From an uncultured Acidobacteriota bacterium (lineage in GTDB: Bacteria; Acidobacteriota; Terriglobia; UBA7540), in assembly GCA_963732975.1 (NCBI GenBank), contig CAVTBN010000008.1:7325-71324 (forward strand): a stretch of 64,000 nucleotides of DNA, given 5' to 3'. Shown piece by piece: positions 42,903 through 53,108 of this stretch. Made by a program: the position numbers and the translations under genes. The notes under the pieces were generated by a model, which saw only the letters and a program-made list of their open reading frames with translations, had not been told where the DNA came from and did not search any database. Each line of letters starts with the position of its first letter. Positions within the stretch are counted from its first letter, which is position 1.

Positions 42903-43670
42903 TCAGCGATAGCGGTAGAGGAAGTAAAACGACAGGGCAAATCCGACGCAGACCACAAAGGTGCGCACTCGCGCCGGGTTCACCTTCTGTGCAAAATGCG
43001 CGCCCGCGTAGCCGCCGAGCGCAGCCCCAAACAGCATCAGAATGGCCTGTGGCCAGAAGACGATGCGAGCCACGACAAAGGTGATGATGGCGACGACGTT
43101 GATGGTGGATGCCATCAGCGTCTTCATTCCGTTCATGGCGTGAATGTCACCGAGCGGCAGGAAGGTGAATGAGGCCAGCATCAGGATGCCGATCCCGCCG
43201 CCGAAAAACCCCCCGTAAACTGCGATGAAAAACTGGGCCAGGGTGACTCCCGCCAGGGCAGGCAACGTGGCGTTGCCATGATGATCGGTTCGCGCAGCAC
43301 GGCGCACCAGCTTTTTGCCAAAGGCGAACAGCAGGGTCCCGCCGAGAAACAAAAAAGGAATCAGCCGCATGAAGACTCGCGGCGGGGTGCGCAACAGCAG
43401 GTGCGCGCCGAAGAATGCGCCCAGCATGCTGGAAAGAATCAGGGGGATGAAAATCATGGCGCTGCGCGGCAGTCTTCGCCGGTACGCCCAGGAACTGGCC
43501 AGGGTTCCCGGCCACAACGCTACGGTGGATGTGGCGTTGGCGGGAATGGGCGGCACGCCGGAAAAGATCAAGGCGGGAAACGAAAAGAAAGTGCCGCCTC
43601 CCGCAACCGAGTTCAGGCCGCCTGCGGCAAGCGCCGCGAAAAACAGCAGAATGGAATCGAGCAGGGTCAT
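42903..43670 (-). CDS. sulfite exporter TauE/SafE family protein
   Basis: 255-aa multi-TM ORF with the duplicated GGG.F..P motif region (AGGLNSVAGGGTFFSFPAL, GGFFGGGIGILM). Confidence 0.8.
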   Translation of the reverse strand: MTLLDSILLFFAALAAGGLNSVAGGGTFFSFPALIFSGVPPIPANATSTVALWPGTLASSWAYRRRLPRSAMIFIPLILSSMLGAFFGAHLLLRTPPRVFMRLIPFLFLGGTLLFAFGKKLVRRAARTDHHGNATLPALAGVTLAQFFIAVYGGFFGGGIGILMLASFTFLPLGDIHAMNGMKTLMASTINVVAIITFVVARIVFWPQAILMLFGAALGGYAGAHFAQKVNPARVRTFVVCVGFALSFYFLYRYR

Positions 43671-43821
43671 AAGCTATGGAACTACTGTAAGGATTTCGGC
43701 GACTGCGATAAAGCGATTATCATCGCACAGATTGCTCCCCGCGCGCTCGCCTTCCCGCACTGCAGCATGTGCGTGCGCCGTCGAATGGCCATGCGCTGAA
43801 TTCAATCCCCGGGAGCCGTCC

Positions 43822-45357
43822 TTACTTGGGAGGCGTTGGGGTGGTCGACTTCTTTTTCTGGAACATGTTGAAGAGATTCTGAATGGTATTGGCGGGCTGA
43901 GCACCCTGCTTGCCCCCCGATGCCGGCGCCGAAAGGCCTCCCAGAATGCCCTTGCCCGTCTTCAGGGAAAATTTGGGATTGTCGAGGGTACCGTGCAGAT
44001 CGAAGGGGAATGAGAGTTTGCCGTTGGCAAAGGTGGCTCCCGAAACCTGGGAAACCAGATTGGTCAGCCCGCCCTGCCTGGCCGGCACCACGGCCGTGCC
44101 CGTGTAGTTGATCTGGTTGGACTGGGCGAGGTTCGTTTCGCCGGCGGCATCCACGTTGAGGTCAGTGCTCACAATCGTGACGTTCTTGCTCATCAGGCGC
44201 TGGTTGGCAAGGTTCAGGTCCGTCGAGATGGAGGAGAATGCTGCCGGGTCGCCGGAAGTAGCTCCCACTCCCGCCATCCGGACCAGGAAAAACAGGTTCT
44301 TGTTCAGTTGCAGAGTGGGCAATTTGCCGTTCTGTATTTTCACCTTGCCGGTGCCCTGGATGCCGCTCAGCGGGTCACTCGAATGGGCGGCTTCCCCGTG
44401 CAGATCCAGGTTGCCTTCCATGGTTCCCGTCATTTTGCCTCGTGCGTTAGGAATGGCGTTCAGCAACTGGGCGACGTCGATTTTCTGGAACGATGTTCGG
44501 GCGCTGAAAAGCGGATTCTCACCGGAGAAGTCCGACTCCGCTTCTCCCCGGACCGTCCCGCCCGCCAGCTTCAATTTGAGATTTTCCAGGTAGGCCTGTT
44601 GGGGGAAAACCTTGATCCCGGAATCGACCGCGGTGGCCTGGATGTTGCCAAAACGCAGCGAGTCGGCGTGGAAAGAACCGTGGGCCACCTGAGGCGCTGG
44701 ATTCCTCCCGGCAGGAATGATGCTGCCGGAACCGCTACCCGGAGAATGCGAATCCGTTGCGGTCAGGGCGTTGAGATTGACGTCCTTAAAACGGCACGAA
44801 AGGCCCTGCCCGTCAAAATACGTTGGTCCCATGGCGCCCGAAGGCAGCAGGTTGGCGATGGTCACCTGGCCGCCGTCAATGCTCACCTGGGAGATGGTTT
44901 CCAGAGCGAAACCGGGTCCGCCGCCTGACGGCGCGGTCGCTTTGCCGCCGGCCGGCGCCGGGGGATTCTCAAAGTTCCAGCGGCCCGCAGTATTGCTGAT
45001 CAGATGGATCACGGGATCTTCCACGATCAGGGATTGAACGACAATTTTCCTGTGCCAAAGCGGACCCGACTGGAGCAGCGCGTAAATCCGGTGTGCTTTG
45101 AAGAAATCGCCCGAGGGAAAGCCCTTGGGATTCCCCAGAGCAATGTCATCAACCTGAATGGCGAGATGGGGAAACAGGGTGAGTTGGAGCCGGCCGATGC
45201 GGGCCGGCTTCCCCGTTTTGCTTTCAAGCAGCGCCGCCACCTGGGGACGATAGCGGTTGACGTCCACGAGCCTGGGAACCAGCAGCACGCCCAGCAGGAC
45301 CAGGGAAACCAGCACCACCCCGGCAATGATCAGAAATTTTCTGGTGCGGCCCGTCAT
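43822..45357 (-). CDS. AsmA family protein
   Basis: 511-aa ORF with an N-terminal TM anchor (RKFLIIAGVVLVSLVLLGVLLV) followed by a long beta-rich AsmA-like domain (LQLTLFPHLAIQVDDIALGNP...). Confidence 0.7.
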   Translation of the reverse strand: MTGRTRKFLIIAGVVLVSLVLLGVLLVPRLVDVNRYRPQVAALLESKTGKPARIGRLQLTLFPHLAIQVDDIALGNPKGFPSGDFFKAHRIYALLQSGPLWHRKIVVQSLIVEDPVIHLISNTAGRWNFENPPAPAGGKATAPSGGGPGFALETISQVSIDGGQVTIANLLPSGAMGPTYFDGQGLSCRFKDVNLNALTATDSHSPGSGSGSIIPAGRNPAPQVAHGSFHADSLRFGNIQATAVDSGIKVFPQQAYLENLKLKLAGGTVRGEAESDFSGENPLFSARTSFQKIDVAQLLNAIPNARGKMTGTMEGNLDLHGEAAHSSDPLSGIQGTGKVKIQNGKLPTLQLNKNLFFLVRMAGVGATSGDPAAFSSISTDLNLANQRLMSKNVTIVSTDLNVDAAGETNLAQSNQINYTGTAVVPARQGGLTNLVSQVSGATFANGKLSFPFDLHGTLDNPKFSLKTGKGILGGLSAPASGGKQGAQPANTIQNLFNMFQKKKSTTPTPPK

Positions 45358-45451
45358 CTCAACCTCCTGCAGCGGTCCTCAAAAGAACCCGGCCCTATCA
45401 GCGCTTCGCCCGCCGGCCAGCCGTCGTTTGCCGGGCATCAGCTCCGGCAGC

Positions 45452-46051
45452 CTAAGGCATCTTCTTTTCCCCGGGGGGTCCGGCCTTCGACTTTTCCGGT
45501 GCGGCATCGCGCGTGAACGCGGCCATGTAGTAGTCAAAGAAGGGCTTCAGGGGCGGCGCCAGTTGCACGGTCTCGCTGAAGCTGTCGACGTCGCCCCGCT
45601 GGATGATGCGGCGCGAAAGCCAGCCAGGAAGGGGCTGCGGCCCGCCGTCGGGAGTGAAGTCAATCTCCGGGCCGGACACCGTGGCCCGATAGCTGCTGAT
45701 GAAACCGTTGCTCGAATAAACCGCAAACAGAAACGAATTCCCCGACGGAGCGCGCGACAGGATTCCGATGGTAGATTCCTTGTTGGCCGGAAGTTCTCCG
45801 GTCGAGGCCAGGGATATCTTCTCCCGGAAAATCATCACGCGCTGGTCAAGATCGTAAGAGACAGAAAGATGAACCTCACCCTGCGGACTATGCCTGTCCA
45901 TCTGTCCCGTCCAGTTGCCAATCATCCACTCGACGGAAGAAAAGTCCGGTTGGGGGGGCAGGGGAATGCGATAGGTGGAAGGTTGCTTTTCCCCTGCAGC
46001 CAGCAGGGCGGGCGCCAGGAAAACAAGCGTTGCGAGAATGGCTGCCTTCAT
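45452..46051 (-). CDS. hypothetical secreted protein
   Basis: Starts at the internal ATG 46051 with signal peptide MKAAILATLVFLAPALLAAG. No family is assigned. Confidence 0.5.
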   Translation of the reverse strand: MKAAILATLVFLAPALLAAGEKQPSTYRIPLPPQPDFSSVEWMIGNWTGQMDRHSPQGEVHLSVSYDLDQRVMIFREKISLASTGELPANKESTIGILSRAPSGNSFLFAVYSSNGFISSYRATVSGPEIDFTPDGGPQPLPGWLSRRIIQRGDVDSFSETVQLAPPLKPFFDYYMAAFTRDAAPEKSKAGPPGEKKMP

Positions 46052-46074
46052 CGGACGTTTGCCTGTTCGGCCTC

Positions 46075-46773
46075 TCATGAATTGTGCCCCCTGTAGACGA
46101 AACCCATGTGGCTTCGTCCATGAAGGAATATGGATGCTTTTGACATTCCGGAGCGCCCCAGCAGACCGGCCAGTTCCTCGGGCGTGTAGGCGGCGCGGAC
46201 CGAATCCTCAAAAAGCCTTTTCATGATGCCAGAATAATGGCGTCCATACCAGCGGACATGCCAGGGGCAGGCCAGACGCGAAGGACGCCTGAGATCGCGA
46301 ACCACAATGGCGCCACCCGGCTTCGCAATCCGCACCATCTCTTCCAGAACCCTGGAAGGGTCCGCCAGATGGTGCAACACGGAGTTGGAAAGGACCACGT
46401 CGAAGGTGCCGCCGGGGTAGGGAATTTCTCCCGCGTGGGCCTGCTGGAAGAAGACGCGGCCTTCCAGTCCCGCCTCGGCTGCCGCCTGACAAGCGGCCCG
46501 CACCATGTTTCGTGAGCGGTCGAGACCCACAATGGTGAGACCGGGGGATCGCCGCGCAAGCTTCAGGGCAATGTTGCCCGGCCCGCAGCCGACATCCAGC
46601 AGGAACCCGGTGAGCGCCTTGCCGTGCGGCGCGAGTTGAAGCACCTGGTCCACAAACGTGTTGTCCAGCGCCTCCAGATGCTTCTGGGCGGCAGCGGAAG
46701 CATAGGCGGAAACCTCATCTTCGCCGCTCATCACCTCCGGTTCCGGTTTGCGTTGCATCTCAAGCCAGCTCAT
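46075..46773 (-). CDS. class I SAM-dependent methyltransferase
   Basis: 232-aa ORF with motif I LLDVGCGPGNIAL and the post-I/II motifs. It has a 4-nt overlap with the tracked upstream start of the downstream ORF. Confidence 0.8.
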   Translation of the reverse strand: MSWLEMQRKPEPEVMSGEDEVSAYASAAAQKHLEALDNTFVDQVLQLAPHGKALTGFLLDVGCGPGNIALKLARRSPGLTIVGLDRSRNMVRAACQAAAEAGLEGRVFFQQAHAGEIPYPGGTFDVVLSNSVLHHLADPSRVLEEMVRIAKPGGAIVVRDLRRPSRLACPWHVRWYGRHYSGIMKRLFEDSVRAAYTPEELAGLLGRSGMSKASIFLHGRSHMGFVYRGHNS

Positions 46774-47377
46774 CGTGAAGTGTCATTCTAGCGCAAAGCG
46801 CAGCTATTCGAACCCCGTTCGCGCTTTTCCTTTTCCCAGCGCCTCCACGGTGGGTGAAAAGTCCTTTTAGCGGGAGCCGGCAGGAGTTGGTGGATAGGAC
46901 GGTGTTCTGCCCGGCAGCCCCGGCCATTCGCCTTCCGTCGAAAAGAAAGAGAATTTATCCTTGCATCCGGCATTTGCAATCTGGCATGATGTGGCGCAGA
47001 ACAGGACCACATATTAGGAAGTTGCTATCCACCCCCGCGAGGGGGCGTTTACACGCGTTTGAGGGAGAACCGGGATCATCAGACCTGCCTTTGAAACGTC
47101 CCGGTTCCTTCCGCCTAATTTCTGCAAACCACCAGACCGGAAATGCGGCACTGCAGCCGGCAGCATTTCTTTGCGCCGTCCCCCATCCCGCCGAAGTCTG
47201 ATTTAGAAAAACCCCCAAGTCCCGCTCATTTTTGGCCGATAGGTAAGCAGTAAAGAGGTTGTGCGTGCTTCCGGGTGACGCTCCGGATGCATGGCGAGCG
47301 GGGGAGTAGGCAGCGTTGCGCTCCCAGCGGCCCTCTGCACGAAGGCGCTTAAATTCAGCACACAAGGACCGCCCAAC

Positions 47378-47962
47378 GTGAGTTTTATTAATTTCGCTTC
47401 CCGTGAGATCAACTGCAAAATTGTCTATTACGGCGCCGGACTGGGCGGAAAAACAACCAATTTGAAGTGGATCTTCGAGTGGACTGCGGCAAAGTCCGGG
47501 GGGAAAATGCTCTCGCTCGCTACTGAAACCGATCGGACCCTCTTTTTTGACTTTTTGCCACTGGAGCTTGGGACCGTGCGCGGATTCAAAACCAGATTTC
47601 ACCTTTATACGGTCCCCGGCCAGGTTTTTTACGATGCCAGCCGAAAGCTGATCCTGCGCGGGGTGGATGGGGTGGTCTTCGTGGCCGACTCGCAGGAAGA
47701 GCGCATGGACGCAAACGAGGAGGCGCTGGACAACCTGCAGACCAACATGAAAGATCATGGCTACGACTTCGCCAGCATCCCCTATGTTCTTCAACTCAAC
47801 AAGCGCGACCTTCCCACTGCCCTGCCGGTTGAGAAACTCTCGGAGGCCCTTCTCCGCAAGGGTGAACCGGTGTTTGAGGCGGTGGCTGTCGAGGGAGTGG
47901 GGGTATTTGAAACGCTGAAGGAAGTCGGCCGGCAGGTTCTCGCAGTAATCAAAAAGGGTTAG
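47378..47962 (+). CDS. mglA: Ras-like small GTPase MglA (gliding/twitching polarity regulator family)
   Basis: From GTG 47378: (M)[28 protein letters not shown]...[15 protein letters not shown]...[10 protein letters not shown]...VFVADSQ...QLNKRDL. This is near-canonical MglA, including the PGQ and NKRD boxes. Confidence 0.85.
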   Translation: MSFINFASREINCKIVYYGAGLGGKTTNLKWIFEWTAAKSGGKMLSLATETDRTLFFDFLPLELGTVRGFKTRFHLYTVPGQVFYDASRKLILRGVDGVVFVADSQEERMDANEEALDNLQTNMKDHGYDFASIPYVLQLNKRDLPTALPVEKLSEALLRKGEPVFEAVAVEGVGVFETLKEVGRQVLAVIKKG

Positions 47963-48146
47963 GGGTGAGGCTTTCCAGCCAGGCAGCGCCGTAATTTCTT
48001 AAAGCGGACAGCGTTGAAATGCCCCGGGGTTTGGCTGCAGGGCGTACTTGCAACCCCTTTGCCTGCCTTTCGAAAGCCGCTGCTGCCGGCCGGAGGACGG
48101 TAAAGTTCGATGCTCCCTCCCCGCCAGGCCAATGCGGACAGCCCTT

Positions 48147-49634
48147 TCAGAGCTGGCTTTCCGACTGCACCGTTCCCGTCAACTCAAAGAAGTGATGCCC
48201 CATGATGGCCAGCGTCAGGGCCTTGTCCAGGTGCTGGCGATGGCGGCGTACCGTCTGGGCCAGAAACTTCCAGTATTCCTTCCGGTAGTCGCTTCGCAGG
48301 CCCTGTTTCCACATCGACCGCGCAACCGCCATAACGTCTGAAAAGACAATGGGGGTGTGAGTCGGGGTGCCCAGTTGCGAAAGGAACCGCTGGACACGAT
48401 TGAAGTACTCGCGGGGATAGTAGATGGTTTCCAGTATCCTGCGATAGCCTTCAAGCAGTTCCTGGGTATCCATGCGGGGGATGAAATTCATGTCCACCAG
48501 CGTGTTGCTGCCCAGGCTTTCCTTGAGCAGCCGCCCTTCGGCCTTCAAGCGGCGCCAGAGCTGGGTGTTCGGCAAGGCGCTGAGCAGTCCCACCATGGAG
48601 ACGGGAATGGCGGCATCGCGAATAAACTGGATCTGGCGCTCGAAGACGTCCGGGGGATCATTGTCAAAGCCCACGATAAACCCTGCCATCACCTCCATGC
48701 CGTAGGACTGCACCAGCTTGACGCTTTCCAGCAGGTCTTTGCGCAGGTTCTGGAACTTGGTGGTTTCTTTCAGGCTCTCGGGCACCGGGGTTTCGATCCC
48801 CATAAAGACACCGTTAAAGTGGGCGTCGCGCATGTACTCCAGCAGTTCCTGGTCTTCGGCCAGGTTCAGCGAGGCTTCCGTGAGGAAGGAAAAAGGAAAA
48901 TGATGGTCGCGGTTCCAGCGGACCAGTTCCGGCAGCAGCTTTTTCACATTCTTCTTGTTGCCGATAAAGTTGTCATCCACCAGGAACAGCCTGCCACGCC
49001 ATCCCATATCGTAAATCTGGGTCAGCTCGGCCAGGACCTGTTCGGGGGTCTTGGTGCGGGGTTTGCGCCCGTAAATTTCGATGATGTCACAGAACTCGCA
49101 GGTGAAGGGGCATCCGCGCGAATACTGCACTGCCATGGCGCTATACTTCCAGGGGTCCACCAGGCTGAGGTCCGGCAGGGGCACCTGCGTCAGGTCGGGC
49201 AGTACGGCCGCTTTGTAGTGCGCCCGGGCGCCGCCGGACTCGAGGTCCTTGGCCAGGATGGAAATCAGCTCTTCGGCTTCGCCTTCAACGATGTGATCGG
49301 CATCGGCGATGCTGGGATCTTTGGTGCTGGCGATCGGGCCGCCCACCACCGTGCGCAGGCCGCGTTCCCTGGCCCGGTCGATCACTTTTTTCATCGACGG
49401 GCCCTGCACCATCATGCCACTCAAGAAAACCACGTCCGCCCACGCCAGTTCAGAGTCCTTCAGAGGGCGCACATTCAAATCCACGGCGCGCTTCTCCCAG
49501 GAAGCCGGCAGCATGGCGGCAACGGTCAACATTCCCAGGGGCGGATACGCTGAGCGCTTGCCCTGGAACGGGAGCGCGTGCTTGAAGCTCCAGAACGTAT
49601 CGGGAAATTCAGGGTAGATCATCAAAACTTTCAT
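48147..49634 (-). CDS. B12-binding domain-containing radical SAM protein (DUF4070 C-terminus)
   Basis: 495-aa ORF beginning MKVLMIYPEFPDTFWSFKHALPF...PPLGMLTVAAMLP, with the radical SAM cluster motif SRGCPFTCEFCDI. Confidence 0.85.
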   Translation of the reverse strand: MKVLMIYPEFPDTFWSFKHALPFQGKRSAYPPLGMLTVAAMLPASWEKRAVDLNVRPLKDSELAWADVVFLSGMMVQGPSMKKVIDRARERGLRTVVGGPIASTKDPSIADADHIVEGEAEELISILAKDLESGGARAHYKAAVLPDLTQVPLPDLSLVDPWKYSAMAVQYSRGCPFTCEFCDIIEIYGRKPRTKTPEQVLAELTQIYDMGWRGRLFLVDDNFIGNKKNVKKLLPELVRWNRDHHFPFSFLTEASLNLAEDQELLEYMRDAHFNGVFMGIETPVPESLKETTKFQNLRKDLLESVKLVQSYGMEVMAGFIVGFDNDPPDVFERQIQFIRDAAIPVSMVGLLSALPNTQLWRRLKAEGRLLKESLGSNTLVDMNFIPRMDTQELLEGYRRILETIYYPREYFNRVQRFLSQLGTPTHTPIVFSDVMAVARSMWKQGLRSDYRKEYWKFLAQTVRRHRQHLDKALTLAIMGHHFFELTGTVQSESQL

Positions 49635-49875
49635 TTATACGTTTCCCAATCTCTGTGAGGAAGGAATTTGATGTGCAACCATCAACGCTTCAGTCTACCA
49701 CAGCATCTCGCGGCCCCAAACAACCAAATTCCGGGTGGGAAACTTTGCCGGCAAGCCTTATTGACATCCCACATATGGGGTGTTTGCCAGGTTCCTGACT
49801 GCCGAGGCGCCTCAGTTCCCCTTTGGTCCTCAAAACGGACGTTATGTCGAGGCCTGTCGAATACCAGGGGTGACA

Positions 49876-50088
49876 CTATCCGTCAGATTTTAAATGGTTT
49901 AGTTCGAACCCCGGGCAGCGGACCACCGGCAGGCGCGGATAGCGGGCAAACCGGGGGTCGGTTTCAGACCGGCGGCAGAGGTAAAAGGTTGAACCGCGGC
50001 CGGTTTTGACCAGCCGCACGTAGAGGCATGAGCGGCACAGCCCCGCCTTTTCGTCGCCCCCATCGGGTGCCGGGTCCTGAGCAGCCAT
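49876..50088 (-). CDS. small Cys4 (zinc-ribbon-like) hypothetical protein, translationally coupled to msrA
   Basis: 70-aa ORF whose start codon overlaps the msrA stop. Contains CRSCLYVRLVKTGRGSTFYLCRRSETDPRFARYPRLPVVRCPGF, which has four Cys and resembles a conserved hypothetical family I recall from other phyla. Confidence 0.5.
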   Translation of the reverse strand: MAAQDPAPDGGDEKAGLCRSCLYVRLVKTGRGSTFYLCRRSETDPRFARYPRLPVVRCPGFELNHLKSDG

Positions 50089-50561
50089 CAGGGGATGGCG
50101 CAGTGGGAGAGCCCACGCTTTTCAAGATATTGCTGGTGATATTCTTCCGCCCGCCAGAAGTCCTGCGCCGGAACAATCTGGGTCACGATGGGCCGGCTGA
50201 AAGCTCCGGACTTTTCCAGCTCTGCCTTGGAGGCGCGCGCCGCGGCTTCCTGTTCCGGGCTGTGGAAGAAAATCACCGAGCGGTACTGCGTACCTACGTC
50301 CGGCCCCTGGCGGTTCAGGGTGGTGGGGTTGTGGTTCTGCCAGAAGACCCGCAGAAGGTCGCCGTAAGAAACCTGAGCGGGGTCGAATTCCACCTGCACC
50401 ACCTCCGCGTGCCCGGTCCTGTCCGTGCAGACGTCCTGGTAGGTGGGGTTCTGCAGCGTTCCTCCCATGTACCCCACCGCGGTTCCCGTCACGCCCTTGA
50501 TCTGGCGGAATGCGGCTTCAACGCCCCAGAAGCAGCCCGCGCCAAACGTTGCCTTTTCCAT
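50088..50561 (-). CDS. msrA: peptide-methionine (S)-S-oxide reductase MsrA
   Basis: 157-aa ORF with [18 protein letters not shown] (the GCFWG active site) and ...[11 protein letters not shown]... Confidence 0.92.
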   Translation of the reverse strand: MEKATFGAGCFWGVEAAFRQIKGVTGTAVGYMGGTLQNPTYQDVCTDRTGHAEVVQVEFDPAQVSYGDLLRVFWQNHNPTTLNRQGPDVGTQYRSVIFFHSPEQEAAARASKAELEKSGAFSRPIVTQIVPAQDFWRAEEYHQQYLEKRGLSHCAIP

Positions 50562-50699
50562 AAGAAATCCCCTTTCCCTTGAGGGTTACCCGCCCCTTGT
50601 GGCCACAAATCCTCGTTCTCCAAGTATTTATTTTTTGCGCTGGAAAAGCAAGCCGCCTCCGGCGGACAAAACCGGATTGCGCGTTCTGGAGATTGGCAA

Positions 50700-50728
50700 T
50701 TGAAAGTTTTGGCCGGTAAAGCTATAAT
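50700..50728 (+). promoter_or_regulatory. sigma-70-type promoter TTGAAA-17-TATAAT upstream of rpmE
   Basis: TTGAAA is at 50700-50705 and TATAAT at 50723-50728, with an exact 17-nt spacer, 32 nt upstream of the rpmE ATG. Confidence 0.6.
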
Positions 50729-50760
50729 CAAGGTTTCTGAAGCAGCCTGCGAGGAGTTCC

Positions 50761-51018
50761 ATGAAAACCGAAACACATCCGGATTATCACGAAGTTCAGG
50801 TTGTCTGCGCCTGTGGAAGCTCATTCCAGACGCGCTCGACCTACAAGGACAACGTGCTGCACGTGGAAATCTGTTCGAACTGCCACCCCTTCTTTACCGG
50901 CAAGCAGAAGTTGATTGACAGCGCCGGAAGGGTGGAGCGGTTCCAGAAGAAGTACGCGAATTTTCGCAAGGACAAGGCGGAAGCCGCTGCGGCCAAAGGT
51001 TCGAAGGCCCAGAAGTAG
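50761..51018 (+). CDS. rpmE: 50S ribosomal protein L31 (Zn-binding type)
   Basis: [27 protein letters not shown]...[29 protein letters not shown]. Confidence 0.93.
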   Translation: MKTETHPDYHEVQVVCACGSSFQTRSTYKDNVLHVEICSNCHPFFTGKQKLIDSAGRVERFQKKYANFRKDKAEAAAAKGSKAQK

Positions 51019-51030
51019 CGGCGCGGCCGT

Positions 51031-51927
51031 TTGTGGCCTGTATCCTCCTGGTTTTTCAAGCAGATCCCGAAATCAGTATCGGCAGAGCCCTGTACCAGAC
51101 GGTTCGGGGCAGGGCAGAGAAAGCTGTTGGCCACCAACCCATCGCCTGACCCGTACATCACGCGGCCCAAAGTCTACGTCCTGGGGCGGCAGGCCGTGGT
51201 GTCTGAGGAACTCGACCGTTTTCTCGACGACGAGGGCGCCCGCTTCACTACGGATGCTGAAGCCGCGGCGGAGGTCCTGGCGGAAATTGCCGGGCGCACT
51301 TGCTACATGTCGTTCGGGAAAGGCCGCAAGACCAACGAAGAATACCTGGACAACATCCTGACTTCCAAGCACGGCAGCGTGCTGGAGCACGCCGTGTGGA
51401 ACCTGCTGATCACCGGGGTCAGCCGCTCGCTGACCCATGAACTGGTGCGGCACCGCGCGGGCTTTGGCTATTCGCAGCTTTCGCAGCGTTATGTGGATGA
51501 AGGCGACGCGCGCTACGTGGTGCCGCCGCTCTACCAGGAAAGCGAAGAGTTGCGGAAGAAGTGGCAGGAAACGATTGACCTGGTCCGCAAGGCCTATGTT
51601 GATCTGGCGGAAGCCACCAGCAACTACGTCCAGGAAAAGCAGCCGGAGATGAGCCCGCGCGACCGCCGCAAGTGGGCCCGGCAGGCCGCACGCTCCGTTC
51701 TGCCCAACGCCACTGAAACCAAAATTTTTGTCACCGGCAACGGCCGCGCCTGGCGGCACTTCCTGGAATTGCGCGGCAGCATACACGCCGATACTGAAAT
51801 CCGCTTGCTGGCCGTGGAAGTCTGCCGAGCCCTGAAGAAAGAAAGCCCCAACATCTTCCACGACATCGAAGTCTACGAAGAAAGCGACGGCATGCCCGCC
51901 GTCCGCGTTGCCCACTCCAAAGTGTAA
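51031..51927 (+). CDS. thyX: FAD-dependent thymidylate synthase ThyX
   Basis: Contains the ThyX signature ELVRHRAGFGYSQLSQRY, plus GSVLEHAVWNLLITGVSR and WRHFLELR. The start is uncertain, either TTG 51031 or TTG 51127. Confidence 0.85.
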   Translation: MWPVSSWFFKQIPKSVSAEPCTRRFGAGQRKLLATNPSPDPYITRPKVYVLGRQAVVSEELDRFLDDEGARFTTDAEAAAEVLAEIAGRTCYMSFGKGRKTNEEYLDNILTSKHGSVLEHAVWNLLITGVSRSLTHELVRHRAGFGYSQLSQRYVDEGDARYVVPPLYQESEELRKKWQETIDLVRKAYVDLAEATSNYVQEKQPEMSPRDRRKWARQAARSVLPNATETKIFVTGNGRAWRHFLELRGSIHADTEIRLLAVEVCRALKKESPNIFHDIEVYEESDGMPAVRVAHSKV

Positions 51928-51937
51928 CCGGCCGCCG

Positions 51938-52993
51938 CTACTTGATTCCGATAACCATGGAATCCGGCCCCACCAGGTGTTCCACGAGAGTTTCGCTGAA
52001 GCCGACCTTTTTCATCCAAGCGCAGCAGTCGGCGCCGGTGTAGTCAAATCCTCCCGGAGTTTCGATCAGCATGTTCAGGCTCATCAGCAGGCCAAAGGCG
52101 TTCTGGCGGCGGTCGTCATCAATCAGCGCCTCGTAAACAATCAGCGAGCCGCCTTTGGGCAGGGCCTTCACGGCCTTTGAAAGCAGCATCAGCTTTTCGT
52201 CCAGGTTCCAGTCGTGCAGGATATGCCCCATCACCAGCACGTCGGCTTCCGGCAGCGGATCTTCAAAGAAGTTGCCGGGCTCGAAGCTGAGGCGTTTTTG
52301 CAGGCCGAAGGAATGCACATACTCCTCGAAAATCGGCTGCACGATGGGCAGGTCGAAGCCTTTCCCGATGACGTGCTCATGCGCCAGCGCAACCTGAGTG
52401 GGCAGGCCGCCCTGCGCTGTGCCGACGTCCACAAATGTCTGGTACTTGTTCCACGGAAACTTGCGGGCGATGGCGGCGGCGGCCGGGATGCTGATTCCGG
52501 TCATCGCGCCCAGAAACGTCCGCAGGCGCTGAGGATCGGAATAAAGCGTATCAAAGGTGTTTCCTCCACCGTTGTCTTTGTTCTCGTTCTGAGGCTTGCC
52601 GGTCCGCAGGCCATCCGTCAGCGATCCCCAGTGATGGTAGAGCCGGGCGTTGGCCATTTCCAGCATTCCGCCGATATAGCTGGGCTTGTTTTTGTCGAGA
52701 AAGATGTTGGAGTCGTGCGTGTTGGAATATCGCCCGTCGTGCCGGTCCAGCATGCCCATGGCCACCAGCGCATCGAAAAAGTCCCGCGAACCGCGGGGAT
52801 GCACCCCCGCCGCCTGGGCCAGTTCGTTGCAAGTCAGCGGCCCGTTGGCGAGATAGGTAAACACGCCCAGCTCAACCGCGCTCAAAAGCATTTTCGATCC
52901 CCAGAATCCCAGCCCGATCTGCATGATTTTATCCGGCGTCACATGCGCATGCGTCTCCCCAACGGGAGTGTTTTGCCCTAACGTGGTACTCAT
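51938..52993 (-). CDS. O-methyltransferase (class I SAM-dependent, family 2 with N-terminal dimerisation domain)
   Basis: 351-aa ORF with a winged-helix dimerisation N-terminus ([23 protein letters not shown]) and the SAM motif [10 protein letters not shown]...MGHILHDW. Confidence 0.8.
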   Translation of the reverse strand: MSTTLGQNTPVGETHAHVTPDKIMQIGLGFWGSKMLLSAVELGVFTYLANGPLTCNELAQAAGVHPRGSRDFFDALVAMGMLDRHDGRYSNTHDSNIFLDKNKPSYIGGMLEMANARLYHHWGSLTDGLRTGKPQNENKDNGGGNTFDTLYSDPQRLRTFLGAMTGISIPAAAAIARKFPWNKYQTFVDVGTAQGGLPTQVALAHEHVIGKGFDLPIVQPIFEEYVHSFGLQKRLSFEPGNFFEDPLPEADVLVMGHILHDWNLDEKLMLLSKAVKALPKGGSLIVYEALIDDDRRQNAFGLLMSLNMLIETPGGFDYTGADCCAWMKKVGFSETLVEHLVGPDSMVIGIK

Positions 52994-53108
52994 GATTTGC
53001 CCCCAACAGAATGATTTCCTGCCCCAGACAGGAATGATGAAAAATCATACCTGAGGCAAGGGGTTTCGTCCACAGGCTTTGTGCCCCGGTCGGCGTAGAT
53101 CAGGGCCC

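Noticed and set aside
46774-47377. Possible known riboswitch upstream of mglA.
   Set aside because: I compared the region by eye with the c-di-GMP, glycine, fluoride, ZTP and SAM consensus cores that I remember and found no match. Only generic hairpins are supported.
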